From: an uncultured bacterium
GTDB lineage: Bacteria; Planctomycetota; UBA1135; GCA-002686595
Length of the DNA: 64,000 nt
Direction: 5' to 3'
NCBI GenBank assembly: GCA_943787795.1
Contig: CALSNU010000002.1
Coordinates: 64,001-128,000 of the forward strand
This document shows, one piece after another, positions 1 through 10,124 of this stretch. Under the pieces are notes generated by a model that worked only from the letters and a program-made list of their open reading frames with translations, made no database searches and was not told where the DNA came from. Each line of letters starts with the position of its first letter. Positions within the stretch are counted from its first letter, which is position 1. Made by a program: the position numbers and the translations under genes.

Positions 1-348
1 ACCCGGGTTGCGACCCGTGATGAAGTTGGACCACGCCACCGGGCTCTGGGGCGGCGTGGACGTCCCGAGGGACAGCACGCCGCCCGCGGCGTCCGCGAGG
101 CGCTGGAAGTTCTTCATCCGGTCCGGATAGCGCTCCATCACCGAGGTGAGGATCTCCGGGTCCATCCCGTCGATTCCGAGCACGACCACCCGCGGGTGAT
201 CCGCGGGAGGCAGGGCCAGAGATCCGGACTCACGTGCCCCCCGTGACGCCTCGGCGTCGGTGGACTTGCGGAGCGTCGGGACGCCGGTCGCGAGCAACGT
301 CGCGATGACGGCGAGGGCCACGTAGGCCGTCCATCGGGGGAGATTCAT
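1..348 (-). CDS. Alkaline phosphatase superfamily (nucleotide pyrophosphatase/phosphodiesterase-like) protein, N-terminal part; runs off the window edge
   Basis: Not in ORF track. Hand translation from ATG 348: MNLPRWTAYVALAVIATLLATGV...PRVVVLGIDGMDPE...LGTSTPPQSPVAWSNFITGRNPG. ATGA overlap with the stop of the upstream paralog. Confidence 0.85.
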   Translation of the reverse strand, partial: MNLPRWTAYVALAVIATLLATGVPTLRKSTDAEASRGARESGSLALPPADHPRVVVLGIDGMDPEILTSVMERYPDRMKNFQRLADAAGGVLSLGTSTPPQSPVAWSNFITGRNPG

Positions 349-2510
349 ACCTTGGCTTGCTCCGTGCTCTGGAGGCGATCAGGCGCGGCGCCGCTGCTCC
401 CCATGGATCCGAACAGGCGCCTTCCCTTCATGTAGGCGGGGACGTCGACCCCGAAGAGGTCGAGCACAGAGGGCGCGATGTCCGCGAGGGTCGGGTCCTC
501 GACGTCGATCTTGCGGTTGCACCAGAAGACGCCGGGGACAAGCCGCGGGTCGACGCAGTGATCGCCTGACCAGCTCTTGGTGTTGTCCGAGAACGTCTCC
601 TTCGAGACGGCGCCCACGGCGCAGTCCCAGGAGTGGCGGAAGCCCCGGTGGTAGCCCACCAGCAGCTCCGGCGCCATGTCGGCGTAGGGGCCATCGTGGA
701 CCTCGGCGGTGAGGAAGACCTCGTTGACCGCGCGCTCCCCCGACTTGGGGTCGACGAGCGCCTCGAGCTTGTCCTTGATCTCCTTGCAGAGAGCATCGAG
801 CTCCTCGCCCGGCTCCACCTGGCCGACGCGCTCGCGGCCCTTGCGGTTGATGAAGATGCCGGTGAGGCCGAGGGTGAAGGCCTTGGTCTTCTCCCAGTCC
901 ACCGTCTCGAACCAATCGCCCGAGGTCTCAGCGCCGTCCTTCAGCACGAGGTAGCCCTCGTCTCGAAGCCACGCGTTGAGGTTCACGCCGCGCTGGAACG
1001 AGCAGAAGCCGTGGTCGGAGACGACCATCAGCAGCGTGTCGTCGTCGCCCTCGAGCTTGTCCATGACCTCGCCAATGAGGGCGTCGGCCTTGCCATAGAG
1101 TTCGGGGATCACGTCCACGAACTCGGTCGTGTCCTTGCCCTCGTTGGCGGGGTGGTCCTTCTCCAGGTAGCGCCAGAACATGTGGCTGACGCGGTCCGTG
1201 GTGTCGAAGACGACGGTGACGAAGCCCTTCTTGGTCTTGTCCAGGACGTCCCAGAGCTGCTTCTTGCGCTCGTCCATGATCAGGTACGCCTGATCGAGGA
1301 ACGCGGGCTCGTCGATCACCCGCTCGTTCAGCGCCCAGGTGTCCTCCGCGAGGCCCAGCGTCGAGAACTTGCCCAGCATCTTGGCCAGATAGATCGAGTA
1401 GACGAAGGGATGGCTCAGCGGCATCGCCGGCGACTCAGGGTCGATGTTGATCGGCGTGACGTAGACGCTGACGGCCTCCTCATCCCAGCGCTGAATCCGG
1501 AGGCGAGCGATGCCCTGGACGCCGTCGAAGGGGATCTCCATCCAGGGCGTGTACTCCCCGACGCCGACCTCCACGGTCTCCTTCCCGATGGTGATCGCCG
1601 CCTTGGCGGTCGCCGCGTCCATCCTGACCGAGAACGGGCACTTCATCGCGATGCCGTCTGCGCCCGGCGGGCCCTTGAGGTTGGACTCGATGGCCTCCGC
1701 CCGTCGAACGACGCGGAATCGCTGACCACCCGTCGCGGCGCCCAGCTTGCTCTCGTCGGAGGTGTAGAAGCTGAACGAACCCTGGGTGCCCTGGAGGTCG
1801 GGGACGCACATCCCTGAGAGCAGCGTGCCGTTCTTGAACTTCTGCGGCGGGAAGGTGATCGGCACCCGGATGATCGACGACCACACCATGTTGGCGCCCA
1901 GCAGCTTCCAGAACGGCTGGCTCTTCTGGAGGATCTTGTAGACGGCACGCTGACCGAAGGGGACCTTCGCGAAGCCGAGGTTGATGTTCCGGGGGACCGT
2001 GCGCGTGTCCGTGGAGGACAGCACCGGCATGTAGGAGCATGGATCCCTGGTCAGGAAGTCGTAGATGTTGTGACGCGAGGCGTCGACGCCAGTTGCGAAG
2101 GTGGACCAGGCCACCGGCGAGATCGAAGGGATCGATGTACCCAGCTCGGAGTGGCAGCCTTGCGCCTGGAGCCGGGCGAAGTTGGGCATGCGGTCCGCGT
2201 ACTTCGCCGCCATCTTCGGGTCGAAGCCGTCGAGCCCGATCACGACGACCCGCTTGACCTTGGCCTTGGTCTTCCCGCGGCGGTAGACCACCTTGATGGC
2301 GGCCTTGAACGGCCAGATCAGGATGATGCCGAACGCGAGCGCGAAGGTTCCCAGGAGGACTAGCAGCGACCCAGCGGCCGCGAACCCAGCCCCAGGGCCG
2401 ATGTAGGCGAGTGGCATCACCACGTGGTCGGTCCCCAGGACGGGGGCCTGGAGCGCCGTGAAGGTCGCCGCCCCACCTGCGAGGATGGAGAGGAGTCGTT
2501 GGGATCGCAT
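345..2510 (-). CDS. Alkaline phosphatase superfamily (type I phosphodiesterase/nucleotide pyrophosphatase) protein with N-terminal membrane anchor
   Basis: VVVIGLDGFDP, SPVAWSTFATG, TDRVSHMFW, VVSDHGF and SGDH motifs; N-terminal AYIGPGAG plus hydrophobic helix. Confidence 0.88.
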   Translation of the reverse strand: MRSQRLLSILAGGAATFTALQAPVLGTDHVVMPLAYIGPGAGFAAAGSLLVLLGTFALAFGIILIWPFKAAIKVVYRRGKTKAKVKRVVVIGLDGFDPKMAAKYADRMPNFARLQAQGCHSELGTSIPSISPVAWSTFATGVDASRHNIYDFLTRDPCSYMPVLSSTDTRTVPRNINLGFAKVPFGQRAVYKILQKSQPFWKLLGANMVWSSIIRVPITFPPQKFKNGTLLSGMCVPDLQGTQGSFSFYTSDESKLGAATGGQRFRVVRRAEAIESNLKGPPGADGIAMKCPFSVRMDAATAKAAITIGKETVEVGVGEYTPWMEIPFDGVQGIARLRIQRWDEEAVSVYVTPINIDPESPAMPLSHPFVYSIYLAKMLGKFSTLGLAEDTWALNERVIDEPAFLDQAYLIMDERKKQLWDVLDKTKKGFVTVVFDTTDRVSHMFWRYLEKDHPANEGKDTTEFVDVIPELYGKADALIGEVMDKLEGDDDTLLMVVSDHGFCSFQRGVNLNAWLRDEGYLVLKDGAETSGDWFETVDWEKTKAFTLGLTGIFINRKGRERVGQVEPGEELDALCKEIKDKLEALVDPKSGERAVNEVFLTAEVHDGPYADMAPELLVGYHRGFRHSWDCAVGAVSKETFSDNTKSWSGDHCVDPRLVPGVFWCNRKIDVEDPTLADIAPSVLDLFGVDVPAYMKGRRLFGSMGSSGAAPDRLQSTEQAKV

Positions 2511-2911
2511 CGTCGGGAGGGGGGGCGTGGGAAGTGCAATCGGCTGGGCCGAGCGCCGCTGAGTTTATCGGCAATCGGAAGGTCATCCATCCAGCCGAGG
2601 TGGCAGCAATTGCTGAGCGAGCGAGCCCAGGGCGCGATTTGACGCGGCTAGTCCCGGCCGCCGTCTGGGTACGTGCACGGGTGCGGGTACGTTCCAACGG
2701 CGCCACGGTGAGCAGCGGTCACACGCGGGGCGCTTGGGGTCGATGCGTCATCCAAGCCCCCTCTCGAGCGTTGACCGGCTCTGAATCGTCCAGGAACGGG
2801 ACTTGGGGCTCTCGCCAACGGAAGAGCGGCATCGGGACTGAAGTCTCCCGGCCCAAACGGTCGAACGCGTGTGAAGAAGGTGGCTTCCAAGGTCCCCATC
2901 TGAAGAACCCC

Positions 2912-3472
2912 ATGAAGACCAGCCCCAAACTCGCTGCCCGGACCCGCGGCCCGGCAGGACGAGGAGGATTCACCCTCCTCGAGGTCCTGATCACCGTCGC
3001 AGTGCTGATGGTGGGCCTCCTGGCCATGACGTCCACCTCGGTCGTCGTGAACTCGCTTCGCCGGAGCGCGTCCGACCGATCGCGCGCCCACGCCGCGGTC
3101 CAGGCCATCAGCCAGGACCTGCTCTCCGTGGCACGCGTCTCGAGTGAAGACCCGGCGCTCTGGGCCGGCCAGATCCTCCAGGCCTACGGGCCGGATGGTT
3201 CACCCGGGAACGAGCTTCCGATCACCGGGCTCGACCCATGGACGGGCTCAGATCACATCGCCACGGTCACGATCATCACCGACGAGACCGTCACGGACTC
3301 CGCGATCGGGACGGACATCGGCATGCCGCGGGACCTCGATGGGGATGGGCTCGCCTCCAACTCCGACGTCACGGGCAACGCGTCGCTCCTGCCCGCCATC
3401 GTCGACGTCCGCTGGCGCCACGGCGGCGGCGAGTTCGAGGTCCGCCAGGTCGTCTACCTGCTCCGGTTCTGA
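2912..3472 (+). CDS. Prepilin-type N-terminal cleavage/methylation protein (minor pilin/pseudopilin, PilV-like)
   Basis: ATG 2912; basic leader then G|FTLLEVLITVAVLMVGLLAM; DLDGDG motif. Confidence 0.85.
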   Translation: MKTSPKLAARTRGPAGRGGFTLLEVLITVAVLMVGLLAMTSTSVVVNSLRRSASDRSRAHAAVQAISQDLLSVARVSSEDPALWAGQILQAYGPDGSPGNELPITGLDPWTGSDHIATVTIITDETVTDSAIGTDIGMPRDLDGDGLASNSDVTGNASLLPAIVDVRWRHGGGEFEVRQVVYLLRF

Positions 3473-3474
3473 CC

Positions 3475-4518
3475 ATGAAGCCCGGCCCGTCTACTCCCAG
3501 TCGAGCCGATCAGGGTGGATTCACCTTGATCGAGGTCAGCATCGCCTTCTCGGTGATGACGGTCATCCTGCTGGCCACCTCGGCCGTGCTCCGCAGGGAG
3601 ACCCAAGGGATCACCGAGCTCCAGACCCTGGGGCAGTCGGAGCAACGAATAGAGGGCGCCTTCCAGAAGATCCTGAGGACGATTCAGTTTGCTCGGGGCT
3701 TCTCGCCCGAGACCAACCTCGTGAGCACCCTCAGTGCGAGCGAGACCGGCGAGGTGCTGATCGGCGCGATCGCCGGGTTTCCACAGAGCGGGTACCTCGT
3801 GCTGGACCGGGGACTCGAGAATGAAGAGATCCTCCGCTACGAGTCGCACGCCCCGACCGGCAGCCAGCTCTGGACCCTGGATCGCGGCGTGGAGGGCACC
3901 GTTGCACGGGGCCACAGCGCCGGGTCATCTGCCATCTGGAGCGGGCTGGCCCGCCCCATTGAGAACCAGACGGACCCTGTCCCCTCCGAGTACGACGGCC
4001 GGACCGACGACCTCAGAGGAGAGATCTACTTCATCGGTCGAGGCACGGGGCTCAGCTTCCAGGTGCCAGTTGACCCCGCGAACACCGGCAGCTACGTCAC
4101 GGGCTCCGGACCTCGCTGGGGAGCCCAGGTGTCCGGCGGAGACGTCGAGGGTGCCTATGGCGCCGTCACCTACATCGCCTCCACCGAGGTCGTCGAGTCC
4201 CAACGAGACTTCGACTTCAACGAGGACGGGGACCTGGACGACACCTTCGACCTGGGCCGAGTCGTCCTCCAGAGCTGGAGCAGTGACCCGGACGAGGCGC
4301 TCAGCATCGGCATGACCCCCTCCATCATCCTCCAGGAGAAGGGCGCCTATGGCAGCGACATGGACGACGACGGATTCGAGGACCCCATGTTCCTCTGGTC
4401 CTCCGACCAGGGCCGCGTCCGCCTCCGCTTCTTTGTCCTCGCTGGCACCATCAACGGCCAAGAAGTCGTCCGGCGCTTCGAGACCATTATCCACCTCTGC
4501 AACGGATCTGCGGAGTGA
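3475..4518 (+). CDS. Prepilin-type N-terminal cleavage/methylation protein (PilW/PulJ-like)
   Basis: ATG 3475, 2 nt after the previous stop; G|FTLIEVSIAFSVMTVILLA; acidic DxDxDG-like loops. Confidence 0.85.
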   Translation: MKPGPSTPSRADQGGFTLIEVSIAFSVMTVILLATSAVLRRETQGITELQTLGQSEQRIEGAFQKILRTIQFARGFSPETNLVSTLSASETGEVLIGAIAGFPQSGYLVLDRGLENEEILRYESHAPTGSQLWTLDRGVEGTVARGHSAGSSAIWSGLARPIENQTDPVPSEYDGRTDDLRGEIYFIGRGTGLSFQVPVDPANTGSYVTGSGPRWGAQVSGGDVEGAYGAVTYIASTEVVESQRDFDFNEDGDLDDTFDLGRVVLQSWSSDPDEALSIGMTPSIILQEKGAYGSDMDDDGFEDPMFLWSSDQGRVRLRFFVLAGTINGQEVVRRFETIIHLCNGSAE

Positions 4519-4559
4519 ATCGACCTGCGGCTCGGCGGCCGCACCAGACCCTGAGAATC

Positions 4560-5054
4560 ATGCACAAGCGTACGCGCAAGCTCATCAACAAGCCTCTCCA
4601 GCTGAAGCTGGTCGGGATCTTCACGGCCATGGGGGCGACGTGCGCGTTGTTCCAGGTGATCCTGATCAACACCACGCTTCTGGAGCTCGCACAGTCGATC
4701 CCCAACGGCGGTGAACAGCTCCTCCAGGAGTCCCGGGCCCTCGTGCTGAAGAACACGCTGTGGACCCTCGGGGTGCTCGTGCCGCTCATGGTCTGTGTCG
4801 GCATCGCTGCCACACACCGCGTCGCTGGCCCGGCGTATCGCATGACCCAGCACCTCAAGGCCATCGCGGAGGGCGGGGCGGTTCGCCACTGCAAGATCCG
4901 CAAGCACGACGAGTTCTCCGAGCTCTGCGATGCCCTCAACGGCGCGCTGGATCAGCTCGCTCCCGCCGCCGACCGCGGAGAGGAATTCAGCGAGGACTGG
5001 ACCCAGGACTCCCCGGCCCCGGCCGAGCAGGAGCTGAGGGACAAGGCGGCCTGA
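4560..5054 (+). CDS. Two-TM membrane protein with HAMP-like segment
   Basis: MHKRTRKLINKPLQLKL, two hydrophobic helices, HRVAGPAYRM...IRKHDEFSELCDALN; alternative start GTG 4515. Confidence 0.7.
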   Translation: MHKRTRKLINKPLQLKLVGIFTAMGATCALFQVILINTTLLELAQSIPNGGEQLLQESRALVLKNTLWTLGVLVPLMVCVGIAATHRVAGPAYRMTQHLKAIAEGGAVRHCKIRKHDEFSELCDALNGALDQLAPAADRGEEFSEDWTQDSPAPAEQELRDKAA

Positions 5055-5194
5055 GCGACCCCGCTGCGCCTGGCTGTAACTGGCTGCGCCCGGCCGCACC
5101 CCGCCGCACCCCGCCGCTCCGTGATCCGCGGCAGCGGTGGACCGAGGGCAAGTATGAGCTCCGGGCGGACAGCGCCCCTGGGGACGCAGGCCCG

Positions 5195-6067
5195 TCAGGG
5201 GAGCGGAGCGCCCGTCGAGGCGGTCCACAGGTCAAACCACTGATCCCGTGAGAGGGTGACCTCCGCCGCTCGTACGGCGCTGGCGATTCGATCCAACCGT
5301 CCCGTGCCGGTGATCGGCCGTAGGCGCGACGGGTGTCTGAGCAGGAAGGCGTAGGCGACCGTGTCGACGCTCTCACCGAGCTCGTCTGCCACCCTCGCCA
5401 TCGCTGCCCGGACCCGCACCTCCTGCTCCCCGTCCCCCGCGAAGAGCCGCCCCCCGCCGAGGGGCGACCAGGCCATGGGCCGGAAGCGACGCGCCAGAGC
5501 CTGGTCGAGGGTGCCGTCCACGAAGGGTTCAAGGTGGAGGACAGAGGCCTCAACCTGGTTCGTGACCAAGGGCCGCTCGAGGCGGCTCTGGAGCGCGTCG
5601 AGGCAGGACGGCGTGAAGTTGGAGACTCCAAAGTCCAGCACCTTGCCGCTGGCCTCCAGCGACGAGAACGCGGCGGCGACCTCGTCGGGGTCCATGAGCG
5701 GGTCCTGGCGGTGCAGCAGGAGCAGCTCCACGTGATCGGTCCCGAGGGCCTTCAGGCTGCGCTCCGCGGAGTCGACGATGTGCGCGCAGCTGGAGTCATA
5801 GCCGTGCCGGCGGTGGGCCGGCCGGCGCTCGGAGACCAGCTTGATGTTGCACTTGGTGATCAGCTTCAGCTCGCGGCGCAGGCCCGGATCCGCGCCCAGC
5901 GCCGCCCCGAAGGACTCCTCCACGGTATAGCCGCCGTAGATGTCCGCCAGATCGACGGTGTCGACCCCGAGGTCCAGGACCTCTCTTGTCCAGGCCGCCA
6001 GCGCGGCGCCTTCGAGGTTCCACTCCGGCTGCCGCCAGAGGCCCGCGATGATGTTCGAGAGTTCCAT
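5195..6067 (-). CDS. Aldo/keto reductase (YdhF/YcsN-like)
   Basis: DLADIYGGY, LITKC, LLLLHRQD, GVSNF, NQVE and AWSPLGGG motifs; start trimmed to ATG 6067. Confidence 0.9.
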   Translation of the reverse strand: MELSNIIAGLWRQPEWNLEGAALAAWTREVLDLGVDTVDLADIYGGYTVEESFGAALGADPGLRRELKLITKCNIKLVSERRPAHRRHGYDSSCAHIVDSAERSLKALGTDHVELLLLHRQDPLMDPDEVAAAFSSLEASGKVLDFGVSNFTPSCLDALQSRLERPLVTNQVEASVLHLEPFVDGTLDQALARRFRPMAWSPLGGGRLFAGDGEQEVRVRAAMARVADELGESVDTVAYAFLLRHPSRLRPITGTGRLDRIASAVRAAEVTLSRDQWFDLWTASTGAPLP

Positions 6068-6149
6068 GGGGAGAGCAGGAGAATAACCGCCGAAGAGCGT
6101 TCCCGTCGCAACCGTGCCTCGGTCCGGCCGAACCGCTAGCCTCTCCCCC

Positions 6150-7808
6150 ATGGATCCGTCCGAGCCGCGCACTGACGACGACGACGCTGCCCGCTCGTCG
6201 CAACCTCCCCCGGCCGCCCCGGCCGGGACCGGGAGCGGCGCCTCCATCGCGCGGATCTGGCTGCTCCCCGCCGCGCTTGCCATCGTGTTGGTCGCGCTCT
6301 TCCTGCGCGGGAAGGGCCTGGACCAGGGCCGGATGTCGCCGGACGACGGCGAGTTCCTCTGGTCCGCACAGATCCATCAGATCGACCTCGCCAGCGGCCC
6401 GGGCGCTTGGCTGGAGGAGGACAGGGAGTGGGCCGCGGACCTCGTCCGGGACTTCAGCCAGGACGAGGGGCGCTCGACCTATCCCCACGGCTACCTGCAT
6501 CAACTGAGCACCCGCTACGCCGCTCGGCTCGGCGCCAAGGCGGGCTTCGGTCGCGTGGCGGCCCTGCGCTTGGACCAGGCCATCCTGGGCGCGTTGACCT
6601 CCATCCTCGTGCTGCTCTGGCTTCGTCGCGTCGCGCCGGGGGAACCCCTGGTCGCCATCGCGGGGGGCGGACTGATGGCCGTCCAGCTCGGGCACGTGAT
6701 GGTCTCCCGCACGGGCTGGGGCCAGGCGGCCTGCACCTTCTTCCTCGTCTGGATGATCTCGATCGCCTGGCGCATGTACACGGAGGCGGGCGAGCGAGAC
6801 ACGCGGGCCCTCGCGCGCGGCGCCGCGGGGATCACGGCGACATCGCTGCTGGCGTACGGGTTCCACGAGATGGCCACCGTGTACACCTTCGTGCTCGCGG
6901 TCCTCGTGGTGCTCCTGTTCCGCACGGGCCCGACGGGCCAGAGCGTCGCTCCGTGGCGCTCACGCCGGGTCGCATGGGGCCTCGCGGCCTGCATCCCGGT
7001 GGGCGCCCTCACCGTCGGCCTGCTGTTCTTCAGCGAGTTCGCCCGGGACAAGTGGTTCTCCTCATCCCTCGACGCCACCTACGGGTGGTGGCAGCGGCGC
7101 GAGCTCGCCTTTGGCTACCTCCTCGACGTGGTGGCCGTCCCGCGGCAGATCTCCATCCCGGTGCTCGCCCTCGCGCTGCTCGGCCTCGCCGGCGCTCTGA
7201 CCCGCGACGCGAAGTGGCTTGTGTGGCTGGTCGCCTGGGCCGTCGTCCCCACCCTGCTGCTGTTCCTGCGCTTCAACTTCCCCGAGCTGGCGCGGATCTA
7301 TCTCCCCGTGGACGTGATCCTCGTGGTGCTGGCCGCGGAGGGGCTCGGCCTCCTCTGGACCGTGGCCCGGGGCCGACTCGGCGGCGCCCTCGCCGACGGC
7401 ACCGCGGCGCTGGCGGTGGTGTGGTGCGGCCTCGTGACCTGGTCGACGCTCTTCGTCGGCCCTGGAGCCGCCCTCCATGTCCCCGCGGTCCACCACCCTC
7501 TCCCCGAGGACGCCCATCCCGCCGGCTCCTTCGACGACATCGCCGCCACCCTGCGGGCCACCGAGATCACAGAGCCCGTCGCGGTCGCCTTCGTGTGGGG
7601 TCCCCTCTTCCGGATCCTGGACCTCGGCATCCCCGCTCGAATCGTCGAGCTGGATGCCCTCCCCGAAGGCGAGCCGGCGCCGCGCATCGTCGTCGCCCCT
7701 CGACGCTCCATGGAAGCTGGAGGGCGCATGCGCTCCGAGGGTGGGCCCTATGAGCTCGCCGCTCGGGACCGATACGATCACCTCGGCCTCTACGTCCTGC
7801 GCCGCTGA
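6150..7808 (+). CDS. Polytopic membrane protein, possible GT-C fold glycosyltransferase (ArnT/PMT-like)
   Basis: About 11-12 hydrophobic segments; DD/E acidic motif (SPDDGE) after the first TM; YPH and RIYLP motifs. Confidence 0.55.
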   Translation: MDPSEPRTDDDDAARSSQPPPAAPAGTGSGASIARIWLLPAALAIVLVALFLRGKGLDQGRMSPDDGEFLWSAQIHQIDLASGPGAWLEEDREWAADLVRDFSQDEGRSTYPHGYLHQLSTRYAARLGAKAGFGRVAALRLDQAILGALTSILVLLWLRRVAPGEPLVAIAGGGLMAVQLGHVMVSRTGWGQAACTFFLVWMISIAWRMYTEAGERDTRALARGAAGITATSLLAYGFHEMATVYTFVLAVLVVLLFRTGPTGQSVAPWRSRRVAWGLAACIPVGALTVGLLFFSEFARDKWFSSSLDATYGWWQRRELAFGYLLDVVAVPRQISIPVLALALLGLAGALTRDAKWLVWLVAWAVVPTLLLFLRFNFPELARIYLPVDVILVVLAAEGLGLLWTVARGRLGGALADGTAALAVVWCGLVTWSTLFVGPGAALHVPAVHHPLPEDAHPAGSFDDIAATLRATEITEPVAVAFVWGPLFRILDLGIPARIVELDALPEGEPAPRIVVAPRRSMEAGGRMRSEGGPYELAARDRYDHLGLYVLRR

Positions 7809-7957
7809 GTCGGCGGCCTCTGGATTCGCCGCCGCTGATCCGCCTCTGCTGGATCCGCCACGATTGGACCCGCCGGATCGGCCCGAAGCGCGACTCCGCG
7901 CCGATTTCCGGGAGCGGCCCCTTCGCGCCTGACCCGAGAGCGCCTATCACCTCTGGC

Positions 7958-8509
7958 ATGAACAGTGAGCTCTGGGGATCCCGCGCCGACGAACGGCTGA
8001 TGCTGGTGGACGGCGAGGACGCCCCCGTCGGCACGGACACCCGCGCGCGCTGCCACGCCGTGGACGGCCTGCGCCATCGTGCCTTCTCGGTCTACCTGTT
8101 CGACCGTGAAGGGAGGCTCCTGATCCATCAGCGCCACGACACCAAGCCGCTCTGGCCGGGGTTCTGGTCCAACAGCTGCTGCAGCCACCCGGTGGGCGAC
8201 GAGGACGTGGCCGACGCGGCTCGCCGACGCGTCCGCGAGGAGCTCGGTGCCTCGGTGGAGATCGAGCCCATCCACCGCTACGAGTACCGCGCCACCTACG
8301 GCGGCGTGGGGACGGAACACGAGGTCGTGACGGTCTTCATCGGCAGGGTGGAGTCCCACGACCTGCAGCCCGATCCCATCGAGGTGGCGGACTTTCGCTT
8401 CGTCGAACCCGACGTGCTCGACGCCGAGATCGGGGACGGGGACCGCTACACCCCCTGGTTCCAGCTGGCCTGGCCAGTGGTGCGAGAGGCCGCCTCGAGG
8501 CTGACCTAG
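7958..8509 (+). CDS. idi: Isopentenyl-diphosphate delta-isomerase (type 1)
   Basis: LRHRAFSVYLF, WSNSCCSHP, EELG, EHE, YTPWF. Confidence 0.95.
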   Translation: MNSELWGSRADERLMLVDGEDAPVGTDTRARCHAVDGLRHRAFSVYLFDREGRLLIHQRHDTKPLWPGFWSNSCCSHPVGDEDVADAARRRVREELGASVEIEPIHRYEYRATYGGVGTEHEVVTVFIGRVESHDLQPDPIEVADFRFVEPDVLDAEIGDGDRYTPWFQLAWPVVREAASRLT

Positions 8510-8593
8510 GCAGCGCGGGCAACGGGCCTGATCGAGGGCCTGGCGAAGTGCCCAGCTGGGGGCCCGGCTGAACGCTCAGCTGGGGGCCTCTCC

Positions 8594-9847
8594 TCAGGGC
8601 AGGGACACGTCGCCGAGCGAGACGCTGCCCCCCGGGGTGAACTCCGGGAGAGGGCGCGTCACGCCATCTCGTCGGCCGCCAATGCGCACGGCGGACCAGC
8701 GCTCGGCGCCCTCAGGCGCTGTGACCAGCCAGCGGAAGTCACCGTCCTGGCCGGTGACGAGCGTCCAGGTCGTGCTGGGTTCGCCCTCCACCACGGCCTG
8801 TGCCGACTCGAGGCCGCGGGCTCGACCATCACCATCCACCAGGCGGCCGGTGATGAGCACCCCTTGGTCCAGGGCGATCTCGCGCGCGGGCCGCGCTTCC
8901 TCCTCGCCCACGGCGGTGACCAGCTGACTGAGAGAACCGAGCAGCCGCTCGCCCTCGCCGTCCCCTTCGCTCACCACCAGAACAGCTCGCAGGTCCAGCC
9001 CGCGCTCGACGTGCCGCACGTTGGCGCTGGATCCCTCGACCTCGATGGCGAGGGTGACGTCGGAGCGGCTCCCGTTGCGGGCGGGGAAGAGCTGGAGCAC
9101 GCCCCCCCATTCAGCCCCAGGGAACCCTCGATGGGTCAGGCGGATGACGAGGTCCGCCGAGGGTGGAAGCGACGCCTCTCCGGTCCCCACCGGGTCGACC
9201 GGGATCGCCAAGGTCTCGCGGGTCGCGGCGCGAATCAGGGCCACGCGCTCCGTTCCCCGGGGGACGCGCCGCAGCCCGACAAGGGCCTCCGCCGGAGGCT
9301 CGTAGAGCACCGCCGTGCCGTCCGGACCCGTGACGGCCGTGACCGGCAACCGCTCGAGCCTCGGCTCCCCCGGGACCGCGAGGGTCAAGGGGACGCCCTC
9401 CGCCGGACGGCCGCTCGAATCGAGGACCCTGGCCCGGTAAGACGTGCGCGGTCGGAGCGACAGCACGAGCCCGTCACGGCCGATGGTGGGCACCTCGGCG
9501 CTCCCGAAGAGGGCCCCGCGGCGCGCCGCGATGAACGCGCCCCGGCCCACGGGCGCCAGGAGCCGCGCCCGGCCCTCGCCGTCAGTGCGCCGCACCTCGG
9601 TGGCCAGCTGCAGCGAGGTCGCCACCCAATCGCCCGTGATCCGGCTCGCCAGCACCGCCGCGTCCGCCCGCAGCGTCTGGCGGTCGAGGACCCACAGCTC
9701 GGCGTCGACGACGGGTCCCCCAGCCTCATCGAGCACCGTGATCACGGGGCCGCGTCCAGGGAGCTCCGCCCCCGCACGCGGCGCGGCGCAGGCCGCGACG
9801 AGGAGAAGGGCGCAGAGGACGAACAGGAGGCTGGCGTGGGCTCGCAT
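8594..9847 (-). CDS. Lipoprotein with carboxypeptidase-regulatory-like beta-sandwich repeats
   Basis: Lipobox LVAAC; repeated V.D..G.P.....V / TD.EG patterns. Confidence 0.65.
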   Translation of the reverse strand: MRAHASLLFVLCALLLVAACAAPRAGAELPGRGPVITVLDEAGGPVVDAELWVLDRQTLRADAAVLASRITGDWVATSLQLATEVRRTDGEGRARLLAPVGRGAFIAARRGALFGSAEVPTIGRDGLVLSLRPRTSYRARVLDSSGRPAEGVPLTLAVPGEPRLERLPVTAVTGPDGTAVLYEPPAEALVGLRRVPRGTERVALIRAATRETLAIPVDPVGTGEASLPPSADLVIRLTHRGFPGAEWGGVLQLFPARNGSRSDVTLAIEVEGSSANVRHVERGLDLRAVLVVSEGDGEGERLLGSLSQLVTAVGEEEARPAREIALDQGVLITGRLVDGDGRARGLESAQAVVEGEPSTTWTLVTGQDGDFRWLVTAPEGAERWSAVRIGGRRDGVTRPLPEFTPGGSVSLGDVSLP

Positions 9848-9996
9848 CGCGCACAGACGATACTTGCAAGCCGCGACGATTCCCGCACGCCGCGGCCCGC
9901 CTCTCTGCGGAACCCGCTGTTCGAGGGCGCTGCGACCCGGCCGCGCCAGCCCCGGGGACCGTCCGCATCAGCCTTCTCCCTGCCCGCACTGGCCTC

Positions 9997-10047
9997 CTGC
10001 CCGTACGCACCAGCTCCCTGCCCGTCCGCACCAGCTCCCTGCCCATC
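9997..10047. repeat. Short tandem repeat, 21-bp unit (cctgcccgt[a/c]cgcaccagctc), about 2.5 copies
   Basis: Read directly from sequence. Confidence 0.7.
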
Positions 10048-10124
10048 CGATCACCGGCCGCAGGGGCAGGAGCGCAGCCCCGCTCGAGGCTCATCCCAGG
10101 CCTGACCCGAGCCGCGCTGCTCCA

